Source: Eledone cirrhosa (lineage: Eukaryota). Taken from it: DNA of 64,000 nucleotides. Below the pieces are notes generated by a model. That model saw nothing but the letters and a program-made list of their open reading frames with translations, had not been told where the DNA came from and did not search any database. Both the position numbers and the translations under genes were made by a program. Positions 48,887 to 62,989 of this stretch are shown here, one piece after another (the first letter of the stretch is position 1; each line of letters begins with the position of its first letter). Where the stretch lies: assembly GCA_964016885.1 (NCBI GenBank), contig OZ024741.1, positions 74,710,001 through 74,774,000 of the forward strand, given 5' to 3'.

Positions 48887-51293
48887 ATATTTAGTAATAA
48901 TAGGCCCAAATATAAATATGTAGTTAAGGAGTCCACTTTACAATCATGTTGTTCAGGTTCAGTCCCATTGTGTAGTATCTTGGGCAAGTGTCTTCTACTA
49001 TAGCCTTGTGAATGGAATTTGGTAGATGGAAACTGCAGAAGCCCATATGTATGTAAAAAAGGGTAAAGACCCCCTTCGGTCACGAATGACCATGGGATTT
49101 GCACCTAGAGAGTTTTCCTCCGAGGCACAAGTCCAGGCAAGGTTGTTTGTGGAAGACCAATAGTCGCCCATGCATACCAGTCTCCCCTCTACACGCCACC
49201 GATGAGGTTCAAGGGAAAGGCAATGGCCAATACAGCTTGGCACCAGTGACATCGCAACTCATTTCTACAGCTGAGTAGACTGGAGCAACGTGAAATAGAG
49301 TGTCTTGCTCAAGGACACAACGTATCATCCGATTCTCGGATATGTTGTATGTATGCGTGTATATATATATATATATATATGCATATGTGTGTGTGGATGT
49401 ATGTGTGCATGTGCATCCAGTAACCAAGTGGTTTGATAAAAAGGGACCAGCAAAAATAAGTACCAGACTTGAAAAAAATAAATACTAAAGTCAATATGAT
49501 GGACTAAATCTCTTTAAAGTTGTGCTCTAATTAGGCAACTGTCAAATGACTGAAACCAATAAGAGAATTGAGACTATCAGTGCCCCATAATTTATTATAA
49601 ACAAAAATATATACAAGCAACCATGAATTTATCTAATTTTTTGTTACTCAATGTGATTTTTTGGTTTTGAATCTTATCTTATTGGAGGGGGCAAATTCAG
49701 GGCATCTAAGAGCCGCACCAGACGAGTTAAAGAGTCACAATCTCCTAACGAATGTCCTAAAAATTACACTATACCATCTTGTAATGATATATTTGTAGAT
49801 ACACTTTTGATCATAGATCTTCTCAGCCAGGACTGACTGGGGCTAAACAACAGCTTCAGAATTAGGTTTCTGAAACTCAACAGCTGTTTACGTACATCAA
49901 ATAAATAATGGAAATTTATTAATTTAATCCTAACATTAATTTTCTCTCTAATATCTCATTTATATCATTGTCCCACCCACTCCTCTAAATTGCTATAAAG
50001 TTCATTGAAACTCTCTAAACCTTTCTGAACATCTAAGGCGGTATAATGATTTATTGGTAAATGTTGCTCGACTGAGTAAATATATAATAGTGAGTGATCC
50101 ATAGTTGATGTTTTGAATCATTACATACAGAGGCAAACACCTGCTCTCATTTTAGTACATGACCAATAATTAGTCTGATGAATAATCTTCCAGGTAAATT
50201 ACACTATTTGATTAGCACTGCAGCTGGCTGGCTTAGTTTCAAATGTGTACTTGTGATGTCTGTCCCAATCTACACAAAAACATCCAATAATCTATGGTAT
50301 TTTCAGATGTAGCCTCATCCATATTGTGTATAATAATCCTTTTAATACCCAAACCACTTGAAACTTGCCCTGGTTCTATGATACAAAACTGCTTCTTTTA
50401 AAGTGTTTATACTTATTGAAAAACCTTTCATCAAAATTTTATGTAAGAAAATTTTGCCTAGTTATGCTCTAAACATCAGTTTGGTAATAAGAAAGTTATA
50501 TCACCAAAAGCCTTAATAATTTTCAAAATTATATAGAAATCATACAGTATTTTTTAATAGAAATATGAGAAACAAAAGGGATAAGTTATGTGGTTGAATG
50601 TTTTGAGAATAAAGTTATTCACTTTAAAATAGTGGTAGTGTGACTGGGAGACAGATGCAGGTCAGCTTTGATTAAGCAGATTTACGAAAATGTCTTTTTA
50701 AGCACCAGAGGTTAACAACACTACTGTTAATAATTTTCATTATTGGAAATGCTATATACATTCATATGAGAATAAAATAATAATTGTTTCTACTTTTGGC
50801 ACAAGGCCAGCAATTACTCAGTTCATTACTGGTACTTTATTTTATCGACCCAGTAAGGATGAAAAGCAAAGTTAAACTTAGCGCGATTTGAAATCAGAAT
50901 GGTAAGGGGTGAATCCACCAATGATAAGCCCTAAGAATTTTTTTCATTCGAATAATACCATTGTATACAAGCTGATGAAGAAGTACTGATATATATATAT
51001 ATATATATATATTAATATAAATTAGCGAGAATCGTATTTCAGCTTAGGAATTAACGAAAAACAACTTCCAAGATGTGTGGCAAGCGCTTGATGATTCAGA
51101 TGAATCAGAGCTACAACATACGCTAAAGGCCACTGAGACGACGGTTAAACAAACATCTGCACAACCAAAGAAACGACCAAGTAATATATATAAATATAGA
51201 TGAAGGACCGTCACAAGTGGAGAGATGCTGTGCTGAATAGGACCCGTCCCACCCTTGCAAGCAGGGAAAAGCGGACGTAAAATGATGATGGTG

Positions 51294-51327
<34 letters not shown>

Positions 51328-52745
51328 TATATACATGGAAAGAAATGAAGCTTGCATGCTTCGATGGATGTGTAATAGTAATATACATGAAAGTCAAAAA
51401 CTTGGGATGAGGTGATAAAATCTGGCCTTGCATAATTGCACCTCTCAAAGGCAATGACATGGGACTGAGATCTCTGGCATTATGCAGTAATACAGAAGAC
51501 CCACGTTCCCAAGAGCACAAGTTGAAGCATACAGCTGCTATGCACCGCCTTCACCTCCATCCACCCCTTCCATACACTTCCTACATCCTAACACTCTGCC
51601 CCTGACACACGCCCATATATACCCACCTTCCAAATCCCTACAAACCTTTCCTACCAAAACTCCAGCCCATACTTTAAAGTGGTCAAGACGGTGACGTGAT
51701 AAAAAGCATCCTATCCACACTGTAACGTTTCCATGTAGGTGTCACGACAAAAACACCCAGTAGTCACTGTAAATGTAGTTGGTGTTAGGAAAGGTATCCA
51801 GCCAAAATCAGTTCTGTATGAAGAAGACATGGGCACCTGACCTGGCCTATCTCACAACAGCACAACTCATCTAATCCATGCTAGCATTAAAAAATGGACG
51901 TTAAATGGTGATGATGATGATTCATCAGTCATCATTATTTTGCTCTGTTTTCCATGGTGGCATGGGTTTAGCAGGTTGTCATGGTTTGATATGGAACAAG
52001 TTGGAGAACCTCATGACACTTATAATTCCATTTAGAGCAGTTATCATACAGAGTCACCAATATTGCCTCCGTTTGATTGCCAACCACTGTAGAGAGTATA
52101 CCGAGTGCATTTTATCATGAAACTAACACCAGAGAGGTTGTCAAAGCTTAACAAGACAAAACATATTTTGTTAAAATTTGAGGAAAGAAAGAAAATGAAA
52201 AATAACAAGAAACATTTTAATGTAGTAATTTAAGAGAAATATGGTAACCATTTCTTGCAGATCAAGCTACTTACTATGCAGACCATCTATCATTGGCCAA
52301 AATGTCTAGATAGTAAAAAGTGCTTCAGCTATTGTTTAGTATGAGGAAGATAGTCAGAGTGCCAAGAAGAGGAGAGATATCTAAATTGGGCAATTGGGTA
52401 AGGTGAGTGTGAGTTAAGTGATAAAATCTGAATAATGATTGCAAAGTTGAATGTGTTTACTTGGTGACTTATAACAACTAAGCAGATATACACTTTCCTA
52501 AACTTTGAAGAGAAATAACAAAAACAAAAATACTTCAAAATGATTGATTAATATCATAATCTAAAAGTTTGGTGAATTAATGAAGGTGATGGTAATTTTG
52601 ATTCAATCTAAGAATTATTAAGTTCCACAGTGGTGATAAGAAGACTAAGAATATTGATTTTTAAGAAATCTCACTCATCCAGTATACAGATATATATACA
52701 CACACATGCACACATGCAAACAAACATATATATACAAATATGCAC

Positions 52746-52785
<40 letters not shown>

Positions 52786-52879
52786 TTGTATACCCCAACT
52801 CTCACCAAGCGTGAAGCTAATAATATTTGTAACATTTACTCCTGTATTTGTCTGTTTTTTTTTGTTTTCTGTTATTCCA

Positions 52880-52936
<57 letters not shown>

Positions 52937-52939
52937 TAC

Positions 52940-52971
<32 letters not shown>

Positions 52972-53115
52972 TCATGCATTATTGACAGACAGAAGAAAAA
53001 GTGCTCAATACTGAAGTAGAGTTTAAATATTTATTTAATGGCCATGTGGTGAAACTCCTGAGTAACAAGGCTCACCAATTAGTCATTAAATGAATATATA
53101 TATATATACATATAT

Positions 53116-53158
<43 letters not shown>

Positions 53159-54054
53159 CGTATATATATATATATATACATACACATAAACATAACACAA
53201 ACACACATGAAAACACACACAGAAACATACATACATATATAAGTGTTATAGATGCTGTTCTGTTCTGCTAGTTATCCAAAAGCAGCAAGCAAAGCTCACC
53301 TTTTCTTTTTGAAATGCTTTTCTTAATAATGTGCGTCATGAAATTTGGTCTAATAGACATTACTATAGTAACTAATGTGTAAGAGCAAGATCAAAACAAA
53401 ATAAACTAAAATAAACAAAACATGTATTTTGCAAAGGAACGAAGAAAAGTGTGAAAATATTTTCATCTCAAACTGTTAATAAAATTAGGCCCCCTCAAAA
53501 TTGAATCTGCAGCAGCGTCACAAAATTTTTACATAATTTTTATACTTGTCATATGCCATCATTATCACACCATAGAAAAACAAATATATATATATAATAG
53601 ATGATAGATGGATAAATAAATGAATATAGATATAAATATATACATTATGTATGTATATATATATATATGTGTGTGTGTATATATACATATAGATATATAG
53701 TTCAAGAAAAGACAAGACAAACACAGAGATGCAAAAACAAAGTCTTATTAATAACATACATGCATATATATATATATTATATATATTTATTTATATATTA
53801 TATATCAATATCATCATCATTTAACGTCTATCTTCCACACACACATATACATGTACATGTATATATATAGTTCTTTCTCTCCCTATGTTTACAGGATTTT
53901 AAAGATACAACATTCACAAACCAGCAAGCTCTAATTGATCAGAAGATATGATCACACCTAAATGTCATACAACTACTACATATGTATATTTATTTACATA
54001 TGTATATGTATATATATATATATACATATGTATATGTATATATATATATTCATA

Positions 54055-55916
54055 TGTTGGAGATAAATGTGTCCGGAATGATGCCGGTGTACTTTGTGAC
54101 ACGAATGATCAGAAAAAGGAGGCCTGGAAATGTCATTATGAGAGACTGCTGAATGTGGTGAACTAATGGGAGAGAGAGAAATTACCCTCAGTAGATCCGA
54201 CAGAGGGACCAGCTATTGAGATTGACGAATATAGGGTCCAAGAGGCGATTAAGGAAATGAAAAATGGTAAGGCTGCTGGACCATCGAGGATAGTTGCTGA
54301 GATGCTGAAGGCATCAGAGGACGTAGGCACTAAACTGGTTGCACGCATCATAAATCAGGATATATATGGTGGTGTCATGCCTAAAGACTGGTGCAGCAGT
54401 ATTCTCATAAATTGTTACAAAGGTAAAGGGGATGCTCTGGAGAAGAGCAATTATAGGGGTATAAAACTGATGGATCAGGTCATGAAAGTGTCAGAAAGGA
54501 TATTAGCACAACTAATTAGAGAAAGGGTCAAACTAGATGAGATGCAGTTTGGTTTTGTGCCTGGGAAGAGTACAACAGATGCCCTCTTCTTGGTGAGACA
54601 ATTGCAAGAGAGGTTCTTAGAGAAAGATAAGCCACTATACTTAGCCTTTGTTGACCTAGAGAAGGCCTTTGATAGGGTACCCCGATCTGTCATCTGGTGG
54701 TCCTTAAGCAAACTAGGTGTTGAGGAATGGCTTGTGAGGACAGTGCAAGCTTTGTACAGAGGTGCTGTCAGCAAAGTGAGAGTAGGAATGGAGTTTAGTG
54801 AGGAATTCCAGATACAAGTAGGAGTACATCAGGGTTTGGTCCTCAGCCCGCTCTTGTTCATTATAGTCCTCCAAGCCATAACAGAGGAGTTTAAGACTGG
54901 CTGTTCATGGGAACTTCTCTATGCTGACGATCTGGTTCTTATAGCAGAATCAGTAGAGGAGCTAAAGAATAAATTCTGGCTATGGAAACAGCAGTTGGAA
55001 GCAAGAGGACTGAGAGTGAACCTAGTTAAGACAAAAGTGTTGATGAGTAGAAAAGAGGACAAAACTCTGATTCCGTCAGGGAAATGGCCATGTTTGATAT
55101 GCAGAAAAGGAACTGGCATAAATTCTATAAAATGCACACATGCAGATCCTGGGTACACAAGAAATGTAGTGGGATAGCAGGCAAACTAACAGGTAGGGAG
55201 AAATACGTATGCAGTAGATGTACAGGGAAATTAGACAGTAGAAGTCGTATTGATAGACACATTTTTCAAATGCAGGCGGGTGCTATAGAAGTGGTGGATA
55301 GCTTCCAGTACCTAGGAGATCAGATTAGCTTGGGAGGGTGGTGTTCCAAGGCCATAGTATCTAGAATAAGCACGGGTTGGAAGAAGTTTAGGGAGCTGCT
55401 TCCTCTGCTGACGAAGAAGGGTTTCTCCCTGCGTATGAAAGGCCGGTTATATGATGCCTGTGTGAGGAGCGTGATGCTGTATGGTAGTGAGACATGGGCA
55501 GCAACTGCAGAGGATATGCGACAGCTGGAGAGAAATGAGGCAAGCATGCTCCGTTGGATGTGCAATGTCAATGTGCGTGAACAACCCACCATGAATGTGT
55601 TGAGAGAGAAACTGTGTCTGAGAGGGATAGAATGTAGTGTGCGAGAGAGGAGACTGAGGTGGTATGTACATGTGATGCGCATAGAGGATGACCGATGGGT
55701 GAAGAAGTGCCAGGAAATGTCAGTTGAAGGGAGACGTGGTAGAGGTAGACCACGAAAAACATGGGCAGAGGTGGTGAGAACAGACCTCAGATCGCTGAAG
55801 CTTACGGTGGAGATGACAAAGGACCATGACAAGTGGAGAGATGCTGTGCTGAATAAGACCTGTCCCACCCTTGCAAGCAGGGAAAAGTGGACGTAAAATG
55901 ATGATGATGATGATGA
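54055..55916 (+). mobile_element. 5'-truncated RTE LINE, RT with one frameshift
   Basis: ORFs 54257-55177 (QFGF, AFVDLEKAFDRV, HQG..LSP, YADD) and 55084-55896 (FQYLG, YGSETW, GRPRKTW), then a (TGA)n tail. Confidence 0.92.
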
Positions 55917-56228
55917 TATAAAATGAGATTAATATCTCCACAGGTACTAAGTACCCACAGAAATATATAGGGTGTCTATAATACAGTTGTTGTTCAATGG
56001 TATTAATCTCATTTTATGTATATTCTCCCATGTGTAGAGAAAAAAACGTTGTACCTAGCTGCTATTTTTAGTAGTGTGGCATACAACAAGTCTATAATAT
56101 CCCCACTTGCACTAGACGTCCAGTTCACATGTAGCTCAATTTTTAACGGCCCACTCGATTTTTCATTAGCTGGCAGTTAGCGGTGTATTTGCTTGCTATG
56201 GGATTTTAAATCCTATGTAATGGAAATA

Positions 56229-56306
56229 GCTTTCTGAAGAGCTCATCCTTCCATTGGAAGTCCTTGGATTCCCAATCTTTTGTGAGTCGAAACCGTCGGT
56301 AAAAGC
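56229..56306 (+). ncRNA. Type I hammerhead ribozyme with branched stem II
   Basis: gcttt-CTGAAGA-gctca...tgagtc-GAAA-ccgtcgg-TA-aaagc. Confidence 0.85.
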
Positions 56307-56457
56307 AATTTGGATAGGTGAATATTTAAATTGTATTTTAATTTATTTTAAAAGGATGTTTAAAATTTGCTTGTTCAGCTCATCGCAATTTTATGTATAT
56401 ATATATATATACATATGTATATATATATACTCACAGAGATGGATACACATATGTATA

Positions 56458-56556
56458 CAGGGTGTCCCCCAAAAATATACACACTTTAATTACCTGTGCT
56501 GGCAATATTTATTAGAATGCTGTTGAAGTGTGTATAGATTTTTTGGGGACACCCTG
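56458..56556. mobile_element. 99-bp Tc1/mariner-type MITE
   Basis: TA|CAGGGTGTCCCCCAAAAATATACACACTT...AAGTGTGTATAGATTTTTTGGGGACACCCTG|TA. Confidence 0.85.
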
Positions 56557-57414
56557 TATACACACACACATTATATATGTATGTATATAAATATATATAA
56601 TATTGACATTTAAGAAAAACCAACTTGTCAAATGATATAATCAACGGGTTAGCACAAGTATGGTCTGAAGTGAACTCACTAGATAACGTGTGGAAATCTA
56701 ATGTAACCACAAAAACAAAAGTTAGATTATTCAAAAAGCTACAATGGAATAACTTTTACTGTTTTCCTTTGATTCATGGTTGGTGACAATACCTATCATC
56801 AAAGCTTTAGATGATTGCTACACCCAAATGCTAAGAAGAATAAAAAATATCAAAACTCTCGACATTGTTACAAACTAAATTCTCTACGGCAACTTCCCAA
56901 CCATTAGCCTTTTGTATCATATCATGAGTGGCGACGAACCTACTACAATTTTTTTACTATGGGAGCCGACTAATGTGAAATTCAAATGAGTCATTGAGGG
57001 AGATACAGAATTGTCTGGTGAAGACCTGAGGCAATTAATGTGGGATTGTATGAGATGGAAATGTTTTGATATGTCATCACAAAGAAGTTGATGAATTTAG
57101 TTAGTAGAATATATATATCTAAGGTGAATTGGCAGATTCATTAGTATGTCAGATAAACTGCTTTGTGGTATTTGTTCTAGCTGTATGTGCTCTTTATGTT
57201 CAAATCCTGCCAAGATCAATTTTACCTTTCATCCTTTTGAGGTCAAACATATACCAGTCCAGTACATGTTCCACTCTGAGGGAGTAGGGGAGAGAAGGAG
57301 AGAGGAAGCTGTGAGCCTTTTCTTGGTTTAACGAGGCTAAGACATGCTATATTTCATGGCAGCACCCCTACAACTCCATCGGGAGTTTACAGATCAATAA
57401 AGACATACACACAT

Positions 57415-57464
<50 letters not shown>

Positions 57465-57474
57465 ATAGTATACA

Positions 57475-57725
57475 TATATGTCATGCACATGGATAATGAC
57501 CAATGGGTGAAGAAGTACCAGAAAATGTCAGTGGAAGTCACAATAGAGGCAGGCCAAGAAAGACCTGGGCAGGGGTGGTGAGAGCTAACCTCAAATTGCT
57601 GAGACTCACAGAGGAGATGACAAAGAAATGTGGTGAATGGAGAGGTGCTGCACTGAGAAGGACCCATCCAACCCACTCAACTGTGGAAAAAACGGACGTA
57701 AAAACGATGACGATGATGATGATAT
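57475..57725 (+). mobile_element. RTE 3' fragment
   Basis: GRPRKTWAGVVRANL and a GGACGTAAAAACGATGACGATGATG tail. Confidence 0.8.
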
Positions 57726-57731
57726 ATATGC

Positions 57732-57768
<37 letters not shown>

Positions 57769-60700
57769 TACATATAGCTTATGTTGTTACCGATTATATG
57801 TCAACCAGCTCATAGAGCATACAGAGTGCAATTTACAGAAAAGAATAAAAGTAAATAAAGTTAAATAGTTTTGATTATAATGATATGTTATAATGAGACG
57901 CACATAGTCTAGTGTTTAGGTTGTCCAACGCACAAACATAAGATTGTCAGGTCATTTCCTGAATCAAGTGACACATTGGGTTCTCGAGCAATACATTTCA
58001 TTTCACATTGCTTTTCATGATAGGATTGGGTTCCCTTTCATTAAGATGCAACCTAGTAGGAGGCCAGTTAAATATGCAAAGGTGTGAGCTGTAAATTGCA
58101 TTTCATAATGAGAGACTTACAAAAGTAATTATGTAAAGGAAACAAGTAATCAGATCAAACATCTACACTCTAGAAGTAGTAGATTTTAGGCAATGCATCT
58201 GCTTCATTAAGACTTACTCCCTTTTAAGTAAGTCAGAGTGCAATGCCATGCTTGTAAATTCCAAATTTTGGCATGGTTTCTACAACTGGCTGTCCTTCCA
58301 CACATTGATGACTTTATAGCATGTACTGGGTGCATTTAATAATGGCATCAGCACTATCACTTTAAAGAGTGTACTGGTTACATTTTATTGTGGCACCGGC
58401 CCTATCAATTTAAAGAGTGTACTTGTTATATTTTATTGAGGCACAAGCCCTACCATTTTACAGAGTGTATTGGCTACATTTTATTGTAACACTAGCACTA
58501 CTACTTTACAGCATGCATTGGTTGCATTGTTTCATGGCACCAACACTAGAAAATTTGTTGTGTCCTTGATATGATGGAAGAGTCCTCTCTACCATATGTA
58601 TTCTCTATTTGATCCTACATAATTGAGAAATATTCCACAAATCTAAATGTAAATTGGAAAATAAAGTTATCTTCTCTATAAAATTAATGGAAGTTAAATA
58701 TTTTAATGTATTGAAAATTTCATTAATAATTTATTTACATATTATTATTATCACTGTTATATCCCTGCTTTTCCATGCTTTCATGGACTGGAGAAGATCA
58801 ACTCTAATTTCATATACAGAGCTAACATATATATATATATATAACACAAACATACATGTGCTTTCCCCATCCTATATATATATATATATATATATCAATA
58901 CATATATTAAGTTTCTAATGTAATCAATAGACACACTATACTGAATGCATTAATTAGAATATAAAAATTATCTAAATTAAGTTTTAAATAAACATGGTTA
59001 ACAAAAATATATTAATTAGTTTTCTTCTATGTAAAATACAAAAGATAAGCCAAATGTATTTGGTAAATACTTAGATTATTTTTTTTACCTTTTTTTTTTA
59101 AAATATTATTTATTTATTTGTTATTCAATCAAATTTTACTTTGATATTTCCCTAACCTTCTTATATCAAACTGTCTGAAACCACTCCCTGACTCTACAAT
59201 ACAACGCTGTTTATATTAAAGTGTTTATATATATCTAACAACTTTCTATCATAAGTTTATGTTAGTGCCGTTGTTGGTATGTTTCAAACACCAGCATAAT
59301 AACGAGAAAGTTATATTACTAAATCCCTACGAGTTCTTGATTATTTTAAAATGATTTGAAAGTTATAGGTAGTGAATTTCATTAGAAATATAGTAACAAA
59401 TGGGTTGCTCAGTCCTTTCAGGAAATGTCTTTTAATAAACCTTTTTCCAACTTATTCTGATTATCTTTTAATAGATGATGACAGACATCAAACTTACTCA
59501 GCAAATGAAAACAAGTGTGCTGTAATCGTTGCTATAAAATGCTCCTCCATTGCATTCTGCAGAGTCTGCAGTGGTAGCCATACCTAGACCTTGAAACCTA
59601 AGGTAGCAAAATACATATTACATGTTTGTTTATTAATGAATACTAACTATACATGACAAAAAAGCTCCCAGTCCACCCTATAAGATGATTGTACTGATGA
59701 CAACAAAAATACAGCCAATTCATTCTGTTAGATGGTTGTTTTTGTGTGACAATAAAAAAAACACCCGATCCACACTGTAATATGGTTAGCATTAGAAAGG
59801 GCATCTATTTGTAGAAACGAAGCCCAAATACAAACCAGTGTGAGCAAGTCGTGGTCACCTGACTTGTCTCATAACATAACCCCTCTAACCCATGCAAATG
59901 TAGAATATTAAACATTAAACATTAAACAGTGATGATGATGATGATGATGATAATGATGTTTGTGTGTGTGTGTATATGTCTGGTCACTCATGATCACTAA
60001 TGGTAACATGTAGCCCAGTACAGCCTGTCACATGTTTGGGTCATCAGTGACTAAACTAGCAATCTTAAGAAGCTTGCTTGGTGAGGAGGGTGACTTTTTC
60101 GGACACCCTGTAGAATGAAAGACAACACCCATGAAAGGGCGAAGGAACTCCTAAGAGTCAATTGCCATCCAATATCTGAAGTGTGTTGTTCATTGGGTTT
60201 GTGTAAAACTTTTGCACCAATTCTTTGTTAGCAACATTTCCAAAACGTATGGCTAGTTCAACGTAAGCCTTCACCACTATAATCAGTTCAGTTTGTATGG
60301 GTAGCTTAACACCTTTACCCCTTCTCTCTATTTGATATTGCACCATTAACACAAAGCCCTCTGGTGAGAGAGTAAATGTGGCAGGGACAAGTAAAGGGCA
60401 TTATAGAAAGTCTTTAGCTGACTTTAGTCGTGACCATCAGGGGATGACTGTTCAGGTACAAAATATGAACAATTTGTGTTGTTTGTGTCCTCTGATAGTG
60501 GCAAATCACGTCTTTTTAGATATAGCACTGCTTTCACTACAGAGGGAGGGGCGGTAAAAGAAGCCCTAATCAAATGCTTGCTCAATCTTTTAACTCCACA
60601 GTCAAATGTGTCTATCTGGTTATCTAAATATGTGGTCAAAACAAAACAAAGCATTTAACTTTTGGTTCCTGTAATGTTAGAACACTCCAGGACAGCAGTT

Positions 60701-62989
60701 CAAATCCAGAACAAAGACAACTATTGCATGAACAGAAAGTTCCATGAATAAAAATCTGATAATATGAACAAAAATAAAGATAAAAATTCCTCATTCTGTT
60801 TCCATTCAGTGATATGTTGCAGGTGGGTTATTGATGTTGCTCACTCAAAGCCCAGCTGACATATGAGTTGGTGTAAACAACCTCACAGCATCAACACAAA
60901 GGGTGTAAACGAGACCTAGCCATTGGTTAAAGATAGTTCCAATGAATTCCCCAGTGGCACCAACGTCTGAGAAGATCATTTGTAAACACTTTCACAGTAG
61001 GGGGTTACATGATAGTCAACCTTAGAATGCAGTGGTAAGGGAAGATGGCATTAACTATTACCACAGCAACAACACACAGTCATGCAGCCTTGATGACTGC
61101 ATTTGTATGGACCTGTAATGTGTATAGATGATGATCACTGGGTGAAAAGGTGCTAAGAAATCCCAGTAGAAGGAATTCACAGTAAAGGAAAACCAAGGAA
61201 GACCTGGGTGGAAGTGGTGAGAGCTGATCTCAAATAACTGAATGACAAAGAATAGTGATGATATTTCAAATTTACAGGTGTATGACTGTCATTTTCTTAT
61301 GAGCAGTTTTGAAAGGCTTTGCAGCTTTTAACATCCAAAATGAACTGCCTTTTTCTAAACTTATATGGATGCTTCATGGTTGAATTCAAGTTCAAGTAAT
61401 CCACTAATCAGATTCTTCAAGCACACCAGCAATATATAAATTATTCCTAGTTCTAATTTGGCCCATAAAGGTGAGAAATTGGCAGAATCATTAGAATATC
61501 AGATAGAATTCTTTGCAGTATTCGTTCAGACTACCTGAGTTCAAATTAGGCTGAGGTCAACTTTGCCTTTCATCCTTTCAAGGTAAATAAAAAAATTACC
61601 ACTCCAGTACTAGGATCAATTCTTCCTCTATAATTCTTTCTCATTTCATCTAAAACTCTCTTCTTTTTCTCAGTGTTCAGACCTGGAAAGTGGGTGGGTT
61701 CCATCAGCTTTAAAATGCACAAGACATGTCCCATATGTAATGACAGCATCCCTACAACTTCATCAGGAATTATGGGTCCCTACATACATACAATCTAGCC
61801 TATACCAATGTACATAGTTTGGAATAAAGTACCTGAAAATAGGCTCATCAAAATCGTTATATTATGGAATAAAGATAAACAATGTTGTTTGTCAGGTGAC
61901 TGTGTTATTGATTACACTAAAGGGTGCCACTCCCACTTCTCAAATTAGACACTTAAATCTATATTTTTCCTGCTATTTTTAACTGTTCTATTTTAGCATC
62001 ATACATGCTTAATTATTTGTTTATTTATTTGATGATTTTTTTCATTCTTTTACTGGTTTTCAGTTCTTGGACTGCAGATATGCTGAGGTACTATATTTAA
62101 GGGTTATAGTTGATCGCATTGACTCAGTTTCCCTGATACAAAGCTGTTTTAAATTTTATATGTTTATCTAAATACCTATAATAATTTTAAATAAGAACTT
62201 TTTATATTATTTTCCAAACACCAGTTTCAAAATGAAAAAGTTAGTTATATTACTAAATCCATCCAAATTGTGGATATTTTCAAAATTATTTGAAAAATAT
62301 AAGAGTGTCTTTCATATGAAATATGGTAACAAAATGGTTAAGGTAGTAGGATGAAATGTGAAAGAGATTTGATTGCTATTTCTAGCAGGTTGCCTGATTA
62401 CCATATAAATACCTCCTCGATAGCTTTGGTCCAAATCGTAATTTATAATGTCAACAACTGAAAACAAACATACAATATATAGACTATGATTTGTTTAGCT
62501 TTCTCTTAAGAAGTAGACTGACAAATTACAGCATTTACTTAATGCCTCCATGATAGAATTGATTTTCTAACATGTAACCACTGTATTATCATATTTCTTA
62601 TGAAACTCACTGCTTATAATTTTCAATGAATATGAAAATAATCAAGAATTTGGAAGTATTTACTAATTTAATTAACTTTCTCTTTATTAAGCTGGTGTTT
62701 AGAACATAACAAAGATTTTTATATAAAATTATAATAGGGTTTTAGATAAATATAAACACACAAGTGTGGTTTCAGCTAAATTGCAAATGTAATTTTCAGG
62801 AATAAGAATTTAGATTTCCTTCCAAATTTCATAAATATCTAAGCTCTAATCAGCTAATTGGCATAGTTCTATAAGACATACCAACCTCAACCCAATTAAT
62901 GTATCTTGCAAAAGAGCATGTCTCCTTTACTTGAAATGGTGCACAGGGTAAACTATAAGAAAAAACTGTAATCAAAACAATTTGATACA

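Noticed and set aside
50971-51046. CTGATGA near 50972 as a hammerhead
   Set aside because: No properly placed GAAA with stems II and III.
52630-53870. YI/HT-rich ORFs here and elsewhere
   Set aside because: They are translations of (TA)n and (CA)n microsatellites.
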